Positions 25,300-36,889 of a stretch of DNA of 64,000 bases are shown here, piece by piece. The notes under the pieces were generated by a model. That model was not told the DNA's origin and did no database searches. It was given only the letters and a program-made list of their open reading frames with translations. Source of the DNA: Octopus sinensis (Eukaryota). Every line of letters begins with the position of its first letter. Positions within the stretch are counted from its first letter, which is position 1. The position numbers and the translations under genes are program-made. The DNA lies in assembly GCF_006345805.1 (NCBI RefSeq), contig NC_042999.1, positions 92,318,001-92,382,000 of the forward strand. The letters run 5' to 3'.

Positions 25300-26700
25300 T
25301 CAGAGAAAGGAGACTTAATTCTCAGTAAGATTCTGCTAAAAGTGTGTTGTAACATGTGCAATTTTTTTTCAATGTTTTTCTTGGGATGGCCATACTTATA
25401 AGAACAATTATTTGTAGTTTTGACATTTTGGGTTTAACCTGGTATTTGACAACAGTATGTGAGTGCGCAATTTTGTTATCATACCCAAAGCCCCAATGAT
25501 TGCAGGCAGTCATCATCCTTAGACCTTTTTTACAAAAACCTTGTATTCACTAAACTTTTTGAACATTTCCACAGGTGTCGTAGTCTGCTGGGACTGACAG
25601 TTTTATAAGCAAATGTTTTACCAATGTGATTTTGCACCTCAATATCTGATCTATTGGCCTGAGCAGCTCAATTAGTTTGAGTACTACATTTCCAAAGAAC
25701 ACTGATATCTTTATTTTTACTACTTTGGCAGGCTTGTGTTCCTACCAATTCTTCTTGTATGGTAATTCAAACTGATGGAATATGATCTAGAGTAAATACT
25801 GACCAAGTCTATCATAATGATTAATAGACTCAATTGAATTTAACATAGAACAACCACTGATGAGATGATAAAATGCTTCTCTGATTGTACCACAGATGTG
25901 GCAAGAAAGATCAGCACCATTTTTAAGTATGTTAATTTAGTGCGTTTTAGGAAGGAAACACTAATCTTGAGCTCTCTGTTTCCAATTTAAGTCCAGATGC
26001 AGACAACCACTTATGAATCATATTTATATCAATATCTGAATTGCCTGATTTTGTAGGGTATTTGCTATTAAATGTTTTACTTTTCCATGTATTTCGCAGC
26101 TCTGCAATTTCATTTGATTTGGCTTGTGCTTTAATTTTTTTGCTTTCACAGTAGGTTCTTTTGTTTCATTTAGTTGCACCTGTCTCAGTGATTTTTAGTT
26201 CCTTTACTTTTTTTTGCTTCTTCTAATATTGAGTGCGAATCTTTAGTAATTTCATTTTTGCAAACAATTTAAAGGATCCATACATGAGTGGTCTTTAGAC
26301 AGGAGTCTAATCCTAAGGTTACTGTCTTTAAAGACAAATGTAGCTGCATCAGTTCATGTCCTCCATCTTTTAGTTAGATGCACAGTCTGTCTACATCTGC
26401 CTTAAGACAAAGCATTCAGTGCATTGTGAGAAGTTTGCATATTATTGGTTAATGGAACATTTTATATTACAGCTGTTGGCCGTGATGGGTATCACTAAGG
26501 TATTGATGGCATCAATCTTGTTTCCTGCATTAAGTTCACTCTTTAGGATCGCTTTCTCTGTTTGGTAGCATTCTTTCCATATTTTTTCAGGTATCTGTGA
26601 ATGCTGGATGCCATCTCCTTCACACACCTAAATACTTTTAGTTTTCCTCAGGATCTAATTCCTTAATTAAGGTAATCTTGTCAAGTTGCATGTTGTACAT
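25300..26700 (-). mobile_element. R4/Dong-clade LINE fragment, old
   Basis: CEGDGIQHSQIPEKIWKECYQTEKAILKSELNAGNKIDAINTLVIP (26627-26442) is the R4-type post-RT motif; further degraded C-terminal remnants follow. Confidence 0.7.
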
Positions 26701-26879
26701 ATTCAACAGTTTTTCTTTAAAAATCTGGCTTTAGTGTAGTTATCAAGGCTAAACTCCATTGCAATATTCTTACTAAATTTCACTTTAGTTAAAAGCTATT
26801 TCAGTTGTGAATCATCTTTCACAAAAGAGCTTTGATTCATTCATGCAAAGGCGGCAATGGCTTGATATCATTATTAAGA

Positions 26880-28200
26880 CCCTGATGAATTTAGATCAAT
26901 CAAAAGATTTTCAATGGGTCAACCAAAATTGCTAGGAAGTTGTCAAGAAATCAGCCAGTATTCTGGACTGACAGTCCAGTTAAGCTGCACAGGGTTTGGT
27001 TTGATCCCAACCTCCAGGTGGTCAGGAACTGAAATGAGGTGACAAACTGGATGGCCAGTCTTACCCAGAAATGAACCAAGCTAAATCTATCCATGAAAGG
27101 GAAGTTGGGATGCAAAAGTGGAAATTACCTGCATTGCCTCCATTACTGCTTACCAACTGAACATTGTGCCTCACCCCAGTTACTATTTGATCAGATTGGA
27201 ATATCTGTTATTCAATGTTTTGTGGAAGGGAATTGTTCTACAGGCCAAGCAGTTCAACTACTACCAGCACTTTCTGCTTAGGTGGCTTATGCACATCATA
27301 GCTGCTGGTGGGCAGGCGTATGATGAGGTTGCACCACCAACAAAAATTTTCAGTCAATGGCTGTGTAGGCACCATTTGTGAGGCATAAACTGGGAGCCTG
27401 GCATCTAGAATTTCATCAGGTGTTGACCACCCACTGTCAATCAGGTAATGGGATCAGTGAGCATTCTCTTTTAGTAATCTATAGTGGAGTAGCAACAGAA
27501 AAGAATGAAGACATTTTCAGGGAGATTTTGGGCATGAATGAAAACAAACTGCCTAGTCTGTTCGAGAAGACTCTTTGATTGGGGCCTATCATGAATAACT
27601 TTCAGAGCTCTTTGGCCTGGCAGTGCTATTAAGGGGCACTACCAATTTGTGATAAGCTCGCCAGGCAGGGAAATACTGTTAGACAAGCATGTCCAAGATG
27701 TGTTCACAGCAAAACCATTTTACAAACACTCATTCAGTGCCCAACTATTGCTGACTCATGGACAATTGCAAAAAAGCTGCTACCATATGGGGGAGAAATC
27801 CAACTACTAGCAAAATCCATAGTGATGATACGCTGCTGCATTTCTTTAACCAGGTGACAGAGGTAGTTTTACTTTCTTTGGTGGAAGCAGTGAAAGAAAT
27901 TGCGAGGTGGATAAAGCTGAAAGGTATGAGGACAAGGACTTGCTTCTTAAGTATAGCCCTAATCAACTTTTCCCAGTTCCATCTGAGAGGGAAAATGAGG
28001 ATGGAAGGGAGTTAATGTTCTTAAGTAAATCATTTGAAGTGGGTGATGAAAGTATCAAAAATGGTAAGAGTGAATGGCACCACTCTTAGTATAAGTCAGT
28101 AAGTCAGAGTACTTGCCCTTAGTGTTTAGGAAGCTCTTTGATAGTGGGGTTCCTTGATTGACCCTGGAAGTCCTCCTGTATCAGCAGGATTGCATCATCA
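26880..28200 (+). mobile_element. Tx1/L1-like LINE 3' fragment
   Basis: Plus-strand WQCY*GALPICDKLARQG...ACPRCVHSKTILQTLIQCP (about 27620-27740) resembles the Tx1/L1 C-terminal zinc knuckle. Left boundary uncertain. Confidence 0.55.
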
Positions 28201-28204
28201 TCAC

Positions 28205-28393
28205 AAGGAGGCAAGCTAGCTGAATCATTAGTGCACAGGACAAAATGCTTAGCAGCAATTTGTCCATTTTACATCCTGAGTTCTAATTTTATTGAGGATC
28301 ACTTCGTCTTTCATCATTTCAGGGTTGATGAAATAAGTAGTGGTTGAGCACTAACACTAACCCCTCACAATTTGGGTCTTGTACCTTTAGTAG
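28205..28393 (+). mobile_element. SINE family A, interrupted in its tail by a solo LTR
   Basis: GAGGCAAGCTAGCTGAATCATTAG...TGAGTTCTAATT...CTTTCATCATTTCAGGGTTGATGAAATAAG. The tail resumes at 29265 (GTAGAAAGAATTATT). Confidence 0.75.
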
Positions 28394-29264
28394 TGTAGTG
28401 ACGCAAGTCATAATAATAAACTTTTATCGGCAGTAATATGACATAATAGTCATGTTTCCCGAATAGGTATAATTGTTAGTTTCCCATTGGTTAAAATTAC
28501 TGCCCATATTTGAATAATAAACTTTCATCAAAGAGAAATCTTTCAGAAAATACAGTTCTTAGAATTCAGATATGAGCAGTTATAAAAACCCTGATTTTTG
28601 GGAGATTAATGAGTGATCGTTGGTTGTTACTCAACTCCATGACACTCACACCAATGTTTATTGGCTGTCACTCATTTCCACGACACTCACTCCTTTGAGA
28701 TATTGGTTATTTTTATGCCATGTCTATTACTTAATTCAACAAGGCTATTTTGAATTCTGGTGTAAATCTCTAGTAACTTAAGAAAAGAATAAGCAATATA
28801 AATTTTGTCGTAATCCTCTACGACAATTTTCTTTTGACTTACAAATGTACTTTAAATATTAAATGAAAGTAAATAAACTAATCTAGTAAATACTTTCTCT
28901 TTCTTCATTTTCTTCAGCCTGTTAATGAAATTTATTTCTACAAATATGAAACTGTTATTATAGCGTTGAAAAAGCGTGAGCATTATTTATCTTTAGCATA
29001 CATGTACTTCCAATGTTTTGGTGGTGTATAATTCATTACGGCATTTACATAGCTTGAGTTAAGATTTATGTATAGTGTTAATACTTATAATTAAGTAATA
29101 AGTGACGAGTTTATCACCATAGATTTCTACTCAGTAAACATCTATATCTATTATCTATTCCAAGTTCGAACACGTTATAAATTGGTGACATTATAAATAA
29201 GATAATCTTAGCCCATTATAAACTAGATAAAACACCCTTATAAAAGTGGTAACACACCGTTATA
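28394..29264. mobile_element. Probable solo LTR (871 bp)
   Basis: Begins TGTAGTG and ends CCGTTATA (TG...CA with CpG/CpA decay). Flanked by a 4-bp direct repeat GTAG (28390-28393; 29265-29268). Internal TATAAAA at about 28583. Confidence 0.6.
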
Positions 29265-29288
29265 GTAGAAAGAATTATTATTATTATT

Positions 29289-30995
29289 TGATGAAAATTT
29301 CTCAGCTTATTTTGCTAGGTATAATGAAAAATATCTGCCAGCAGACTAAAGTGACACTTGTTTACTGGTCACGCTTCAAGAACCCTGCAAAGAATTCTTG
29401 TGCCATTCCAAGCAATGCTGATTCCTGTAGGTATTCTATCTTTACATTTGAGCCACATTGGTAGTTGAGTACTGATACTTCCAAGCATGCCAATAACTAT
29501 TGGTATCATGTTCACTCTCCTCATTGACCATAACCTTCGTATTTCCCACTTCAACTTACCATATTCTATGTCAATCATCATGCAAATTTTTCCCTTTTTC
29601 TCACTACAGCAATGTCCAGTTTCTGATGTTTGGTCAGGCGATTGCACTGAATCATTGCCTCCCTCAGGATTTTACAATCTTCATTCCCAGTACTCCTTCT
29701 GGGTTTTGCTCATATGTCTTTGCTCTTTGTAGGCTGTGATTTCCAGTGCTCCCAACAGATCATTTTTGCCACACTGTCATGTCATCATTTGTAATCAAAT
29801 TGTACCAATTTTGGGCATTTGATAACAATGTACCATACTGTTTCACCCTTCTCACCACACATTTTTCATTTATCGCTCTCAGTAGCGTTGTCAATTCTGC
29901 ACTTCACATAATTAGTCCTTAATGATTGTTCTTGTGCTGCGCATATGAGTGCTTCTGTCTCTATCTTCAGGTCACTCCTCCTCATCCATAGCCACCGATC
30001 TTCTATATCTGTCTCGGTGTTTGTATCTCTTGCAAACTGACCATACATTTTTCTCTCCTTCCATGCTGTTTCTTTTTTTGTGTTCTTTTCCTTATTAAGT
30101 TTTTCTTTCTTTACCCAATTATCAATTTTGATGATGCCAGACTTCTTCAAATGTTTCAGTATTCTTTACATACCATCCTAAGCAGTTTTTCTCTGCTTTG
30201 ATACAATCTTAGCAGCTGATCAAACCTCTCCCACCTTTTCTTCTTGACAAGTATAGCCTATTGGTGTCACTCTTAAGGTGGAAGATACCATGCACTGTCA
30301 ATATTTTTCTTCATATCCATGTTCATCAGTTCTTCCTTATGCCAGTTTATGATTCCAGCTCCATATTGAAGTGATGCTACTGTCCATGTATTAACTGCTT
30401 GGATTTTATTCCATCTGGTCAATTTTACAACACCAATCTTAGACTTCAGTTGTTCTTTCATTTCCTCTACATTTCCCCAATTGTTCTTTCTTTTTCTCTA
30501 CATTATCCTGTTGAACTCTAGTATGCTAAGGTATTTGTACCCTTCCTTTTCAATTTGTTTAACCAGTTCTCTATCAAGTAATTTTATCCCTGCTAGGAAC
30601 TGTACCATGCCTTTTTTCTGGTACATTACACCACATTTCTTGAGTCCAAATTCCATTCTAATATCAACACTAAAACAGTGAACCATATTCACCAAAGAAC
30701 TCACTTGTGCCTCATCCTTGCCATACAGCTTTAAATCATCCATGAAGAAGAGGTGGTTGATTGTTTGAGATTTTCCCTTTAGCAGATATCCCTGATATCT
30801 CAGGTTCACTTTTCAAAGTATCAAGGTCAGAGGGATCATGCAGAGAATGAAAAGCAACAGAGATAAGCTTTTGCCTTGGAAAATCCCTCTTCTGATGCCC
30901 AGGGTGCACCCCACCATACTTCTCTTCAGAAAGCGCGCTACATTCCTCGCAATTCCAAACAAATCTAAGCACTCAATGATCCATGAATGTGCCAA
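29289..30995 (-). mobile_element. R4/Dong-clade LINE, 5'-truncated
   Basis: [14 protein letters not shown]; IRRGIFQGKSLSLLLF; TINHLFFMDDLKLYGKDE; GYKYLSILE; LKIETEALICAAQEQSLRTNY; EYGKLKWEIRRLW...IPIVIGMLGSI...GTRILCRVLE. Ends in (TAA)n. Confidence 0.9.
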
Positions 30996-31304
30996 AATAG
31001 GAAAAAGTAATATTGCAATTTCAAGATATGATAATTATTAAAACATTTAAGTTTTCAAGTCTGAAATATATAAAAATCTACTCAAAAAATCACTATTGCT
31101 ATAGTGAGAATCCTGTAGATAGATCTGAACAAGCAGATTTTTACACAAGGATTAGCAATTGATAATTTAGTAACCAACAAACACATCACTCTAGATTAAT
31201 TTTAGACTTCCATGTTAACATCTTTATTAAAAAATGGATCTTCTAACCAGTTTTCTGTTAAGTAAATTGAAACTTGTAAATTAAAATGAATTATCCATCT
31301 ACAT

Positions 31305-31510
31305 AATATTGGTTTCAGGTTTTGGCACAATGCCAGCAATTTTGTGGGAAGGGATAAATCAATTACATTAACCCCAGTGCTTAACTGGTACTTATTTTAT
31401 CAACCTTAAACAGATGAAAGGCAATCATCCTTTGAACTTAGAATGCAAAGTTGGAAGAAATGCTGCAAAGCATTTTTCCCCATGTGCTAATGATTCTGCC
31501 AGCTTACTGC
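31305..31510 (-). mobile_element. SINE family A, degraded
   Basis: TTGGTTTCAGGTTTTGGCACAATGCCAGC...CCCCAGTGCTTAACTGGTACTTATTTTATCAACC...GATGAAAGGCAA...TGATTCTGCCAGCTTACTGCC. Confidence 0.8.
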
Positions 31511-33634
31511 CCTATCCAAGTACATAACATTGCAATATTAAGTATACATTCTAATTATTATAATTATTTTTTACATCATACAATCATACACATACTTGAA
31601 TATTAGAAACAAGCTTACTACATAAGACTCATTTCTAACCTTAAAAATAAATATGATTAATGTCTAGAAATGAATATTATGGATGTGCTTTTAACTTTTA
31701 AAAATAAAAAAACATACTTAAAAATTAAAGTTTAATGGCCAAGTTTTGAAGAACTATTAGTGTTCAAGTCTTTGCCTCTTTAAGATGTGTGCTAATATTT
31801 GTTGAGTCATCATTTATGAATATACCACTACAAGACATTTATTGCGTTACATTACATTATACAAAATTTTTTCAAAAGATATTCAAAATAATATGAAATC
31901 TATTAAGACTTTTAGTAGGGTTCGTTTCTGGTGAAATTTTCTTAATTCATTTTGAAAATGTCTCTATCTCTTATCATTCTTTATCAAAATACATTGTGCT
32001 AAGCTAATTTACAAAACCTGAAAGTACAATTTTAGATACTTAAACCTATTATATTATACATGCTACTCCACAGCTACTGCCTCTAATAATAATTCCAGCT
32101 TTGGATAATAAATAAACTAAAAGGAAAATTTACAGTGAACTTGAGTTTATTGAACAAGAAATATCAAAATTACTACTAAACTAATGTTGCCTTGTATGAT
32201 GGATATTTTAAAAAGTGATGCTAGTATTTTTGTCTAAAAATATGAAACTTAGAATAGACAATGTTCTCTGACAAAATTGATGAAAATGCATTTAGCTTTG
32301 TGGAGAGACAAATATAGCATTATTGAATCAACTGATTTTAAAAGTATGTTCCCAAGGATGACTAGAAAATTCAATTTTTATTTAATATGTCCTTCAAAAT
32401 TATATCATAAAATATTTTAAATTTTATTCCATCAAGTTTTTCTGGGGTTTCTTTTTTATATTTTGGTTCATATAAAATGATTTAAGTTTTGTTACCTACA
32501 TTTCCAAAAATATACTCAACATCTGCATGCATTTTTTCTATTTATCTTTTTCAAAATAAAGATACTCCTTTAAAGCTGAAATAATTTTTCTAACAATAAT
32601 TTTTTTGAAATACTTTAAAAAATGTTTTAATTTCTCTAAATAACTGAGAATATTTAAATATATAAAATGAAATAATATTCAAGTATTTGTAAAAAATATC
32701 TATGTTTATATATAAGTCCTGCAATAAGTGAACAGATTAAAGCTTGTCCTCTGTCTTGCCAGCTCTTGTCAAACCAGCCAACCCATGCCAAACATGGAAA
32801 ATGAATATTAAATGAGAATGAGGAAACTCTTGCATTTGAGATATCTTCTATGTTTTTACTAAATAGTTCTTATATACTGATGACTAGAAATATTAGCTTT
32901 TCCAATACGATCTCCAAAAATTTGATCATAGATATATTTCTTACATTCTAGAGATAATAGTGCAAGGATTATAATATAATTGTAGTGTTTGCATGACATT
33001 CACTAAAACTCCATTTCCCAATGAGGTTTTAAATTAAAATTAGGCATGTTCAACCTTTTTTAAAAGTTCTTATTTTTCTTGTACTTGTCTTATCTATGTT
33101 TTAAATCTATATTAATTGCTGATTTCTCCTTTTAATTTCTTTATCTTACAGAATAAATATCTAATCTGAAATTGAAAATATATTTACATGGCTTTATTCG
33201 GTGTAGCTAATCTAATAACACGATTTTAATGAGGTTATTGTATTACTGTGAAGAGCAATTGAAAACTCTTTGAAAATTTACATAACTAATTACACAGAAT
33301 AGGGGTGGGAGAGAAAGAAACTTCCTCAAGGAAAGGAGAGAAAAGTTCATTCTAAGGTACACTTGGAATTGTTGAGCAAAGTTGGTATTTTTATTTAAAA
33401 GTTCTTTTATCATTATTTATTGTTGATCACCCACATCAATAAACACCATTTCAGAAATTATATAAACTAAAATTAAACATATATCTCTTTCTTTTTTCAC
33501 ATTCATTTTTATTTCCAATCTCAACTGAAAAACCTAATTAATGATTAAGTATATGTGTACAGATTACATATGGACACACACACACATGCACCTATGTGTA
33601 GGTAATATATGTATAATATATATATATATATATA

Positions 33635-34492
33635 TCATCATCATCATCGTTTAGCATCCGTTTTCCATGCTAGCATGGGTTGGACGGTTCTAGCGGGGTC
33701 TGTGAAGCCAGAAGACTTCATCAGGCCCAGTCAAATCTGGCAGTGTTTCTACGGCTGGATGCCCTTCCTAACGCCAACCACTCCGTGAGTGTAGTGGGTG
33801 CTTTTTACGTGCCACCCGCACAGGTGCCAGACAGAGCTGGCAAACGGCCACGAACGGATGGTGCTTTTTATGTGCCACCGGCACGAGGGCCAGGCGAGGC
33901 TGGCAACGGACACGAACGGATGGTGCTTTTTACGTGCCACCGGCACGAGGCCTGTCGGGGCGGCGCTGGCAACGGTCGCGAAACGGAAGGTTCTCTTACA
34001 TACCACCGGCACTGGTAACACATCTGCAATTTCCATTGATCGATTTTGATTCTGATCCTCACTTGCCTCAACAGGTCTTCACAAGTAGAGTTTCGACATG
34101 CCACCGGCACTGGTAACACATCTGCAATTTCCATTGATCGATTTCGATTCTGATCCTCACTTGCCTCAACAGGTCTTCACAAGTAGAGTTTTGTGTCCCA
34201 AGAAGGGAAGGTATGCATACGTAGGCTGGCTCCATCCCATGTAGAAGGCCACGGGTTATGGACTCACTTGTCCTGCCAGGTCTTCTCGTGCACAGCACAC
34301 TTCCAGAGGTCTCGGTCTCTAGTCATTTCCTCAGTGAGACCTAAAGTTCGAAGGTCGTGCTTCACCACCTCGTCCCAGGTTTTCCTGGGTCTGCCTCTTC
34401 CGCAGGTTCCCTCAACCGCTAGGGTGTGGCACTTTTTCACACAACTATCTTCATCCATTCTCGCCACATGACCATACCTGCGCAAACGTCTC
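33635..34492 (-). mobile_element. RTE-clade LINE 3' end: RT C-terminus, structured 3'UTR, (GAT)n tail
   Basis: ORF 34485-34264 RRYGHVARMDEDSCVKKCHTLAVEGTCGRGRPRKTWDEVVKHDLRTLGLTEEMTRDRDLWK is the RTE C-terminus (GHVAR, GRGRP, W...V..DL). The 3'UTR holds a hairpin array; tail CATCATCATCG at 33635. This copy identifies the ubiquitous CATGCTAGCATGG repeats as RTE 3' ends. Confidence 0.9.
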
Positions 34493-34493
34493 T

Positions 34494-34524
<31 letters not shown>

Positions 34525-34555
34525 AGGTGTATACCCAAATATAAAATTATTTGGA

Positions 34556-34775
34556 CAGCAATGGCCTAGTGGTTAGGGCAGCGGACTCGCGGTCGCAGGA
34601 TCGCGGTTTCGATTCTCAGACTGGGCGTTGTGTGTGTTTATTGAGCGAAAACACCTAAAAGCTCTACGAGGCTCCGGCAGGGGGTGGTGATCCCTGCTGT
34701 ACTCTTTCACCACAATGGCGGTGCCCCAGCATGGCCACAGCTCAAGAGCTGAAACTGGAAAAAACAAAAACAAAA
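34556..34775 (+). mobile_element. Young tRNA-derived SINE (family C)
   Basis: A-box TGGCCTAGTGG (34562-34572), B-box GGTTTCGATTCTC (34605-34617), CpG-rich, non-tRNA body, A-rich tail. Confidence 0.8.
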
Positions 34776-35249
34776 AACAAATACATATATATATATATTT
34801 ATATATATACATATATATATAAAACACACACATGCATATATATTTATGTATATGTATATCACATGCACTACATTTACCATATATCATGAACTGGTGGATA
34901 CTGTAAGTTTCTGAATATGCCCCCTTTGAACTCATGAGCAAAGGCACTCTATTTTATTAGTCTGATATTCAGAAGCCCGCAACTTTTCAGCTGCCTACCA
35001 CCTAAAGTAAACAAAAATATAAAAAGGACCTCAACTGAAATATTGAAAAAAAACATTGGATAAACTCCCAGCAATAATACCAGACCAGCCAAGCATTCAA
35101 GGATATACTTAGAGAGTTCAGCTGTAAGAAACTCAATCATAGACCAGCTTCCAGCTATAAAGTGACAACAAAACTTAAAGAAAATGAATTAAGGCAATGC
35201 ATCATCATGACCAAATTCCTACAATTGAAAGTATTAAAATAAAAGAATA

Positions 35250-35425
35250 AATCATCATCATCATCATCATCATTGTTTAATGTCCACTTTCCATGCTGGC
35301 ATGGGTTGGACAGTTTGACTGAGGACTGGCAAGCCAGGAGGCTGCACCAGACTCCAATCTGATCTGGCAAGGTATCTACAGGTGGATGCCCTTCCTAATG
35401 CCAACTGATCCAAGACTGTATTGGG
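35250..35425 (-). mobile_element. RTE LINE 3' stub
   Basis: (CAT)n TGTTTAATGTCCACTTTCCATGCTGGCATGGGTTGGACAG...GGATGCCCTTCCTAATGCCAAC. Confidence 0.85.
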
Positions 35426-36149
35426 TGCTATATATGCATATGTATAAAGCACACACACACTTGACTATATATGTGACACATCAGACTCAAACGGCCAGAG
35501 TCACATAGACTCCATATGATTGGAAAGAGGAAAATATGGTCAGCTAATTTTGTAAACAAAAAAATCCGGAACAAAACCCTTCAGGTAGAGCCTTGGGCTA
35601 GGCAGAGTTATCCTCCTTAGACAGGTGCAAGTTATGTCTACAACAAGCCTGCCAGAGATGTCCAAGGCTGGCAGCATTTCCCTAGTCAGCAAATGGTATA
35701 AACTGTTCATTTGTCCATCTGTGTATTTATGTATTTATATAAGCACATACACACATATAGAAAAAGGACTTCCTTGTTTTCAATGTAGATTAACTTTTGT
35801 GTAAGCTCATTTCATTGTTTTGAACTTTCCAAATGTTGAAAGCCTAAAAATTTAGGCTTTTCGTATTAATATGTAATGATACTCTTCTAGCATTAATAAG
35901 AATAATAATAAGGGATATAAAAACAGGCCAACGAAAAATATTTGGTTTGCTCCCTCCCTTTTCTCTTAATATAAAAACTAACATAAGTAAAGATTCCTGT
36001 CATTCCTAGACAAACATTTTCTAACAATTCACAGATAGAGGAAAATATTTAATAGGCATTCTGTGAAATAATTATATAGTTACTGCCCCAGTATGAAAAG
36101 TATCATTATAAATGGTCAATACCAAAAGCATAAATTCTGTTGTAACTGT

Positions 36150-36870
36150 TGCAACTCAGGATCCTGTCCACATGACCTACAGTGGTGAAGCATAACTTTC
36201 GAACATTAGGCTTCACCAAGGAAATGACTAGTAACTGAGACCTTTGGAAAAATGCTGTGCATGAGAAGAGCCAGCAAGCCAAGTGAGACCATAATCACGT
36301 GGCCTATGCCAGGGGTGTAACCAGTCCACTTATGCGTACCTTTCCTTCACTGGACACTAAACTCTGCTTGCGAAGAGCTGTTGAGGCAATTGAAATCGAA
36401 ATCAAATTTGCTGACTGGCATCTGTGCTAGTGGAGCACTAAGAGCACCATCTGAGCATGATCGTTGCCAGAGCAGCTAACTGGCTTCCATGCCAGTGGCA
36501 TGTAAAAAGCACAATTCGAGTGTGATCATTACCAGTGTCGCCTTACTAGTACTTGTGCCGGTGACACATGACAAAACATTCGAGCAAGGTTGTTGCCAGT
36601 GCTGTTGGACTGGCTCCTGTGCAGGTGGCACGTAAAAAACATCATTTGAGCATGGCCAGTACCGCCTGACTGGCCCTCATGCCGGTGGCACATAAAAGTA
36701 CTCACTACACTCTCGGAGTGGTTGGCATTAGGAAGGGCATCCAGCTGTAGAAACACTGCCAGATCAAATTGGAGCCTGATGCAGCCATCTGGTTTGCCAG
36801 TCTTCAGTCAAATCTTCCAACCCATGCTAGCATGGAAAGTGGATGTTAAATGATTATGATGATGATGATC
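36150..36870 (+). mobile_element. RTE LINE 3' end with 4 heterogeneous hairpin units
   Basis: Homologous to the 33635-34492 copy (RTLGFTKEMT..DLWKNAVHEK), ending CATGCTAGCATGGAAAGTGGATGTTAAATGATTATGATGATGAT. Confidence 0.85.
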
Positions 36871-36889
36871 ATCATCATCATCATATACG

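Noticed and set aside
32000-32230. Possible hAT dimerisation-domain remnant (TAS...FIEQEISKLL)
   Set aside because: Too short and degraded to support without a profile search.
33150-33165. 16-nt minus-strand microexon (tttcag|...|gtaaga)
   Set aside because: Frameshifting and unsupported; such site pairs arise by chance in AT-rich introns.
34556-34630. tRNA gene
   Set aside because: A and B boxes are present, but no convincing acceptor stem or cloverleaf closure; it continues into a SINE body and tail.
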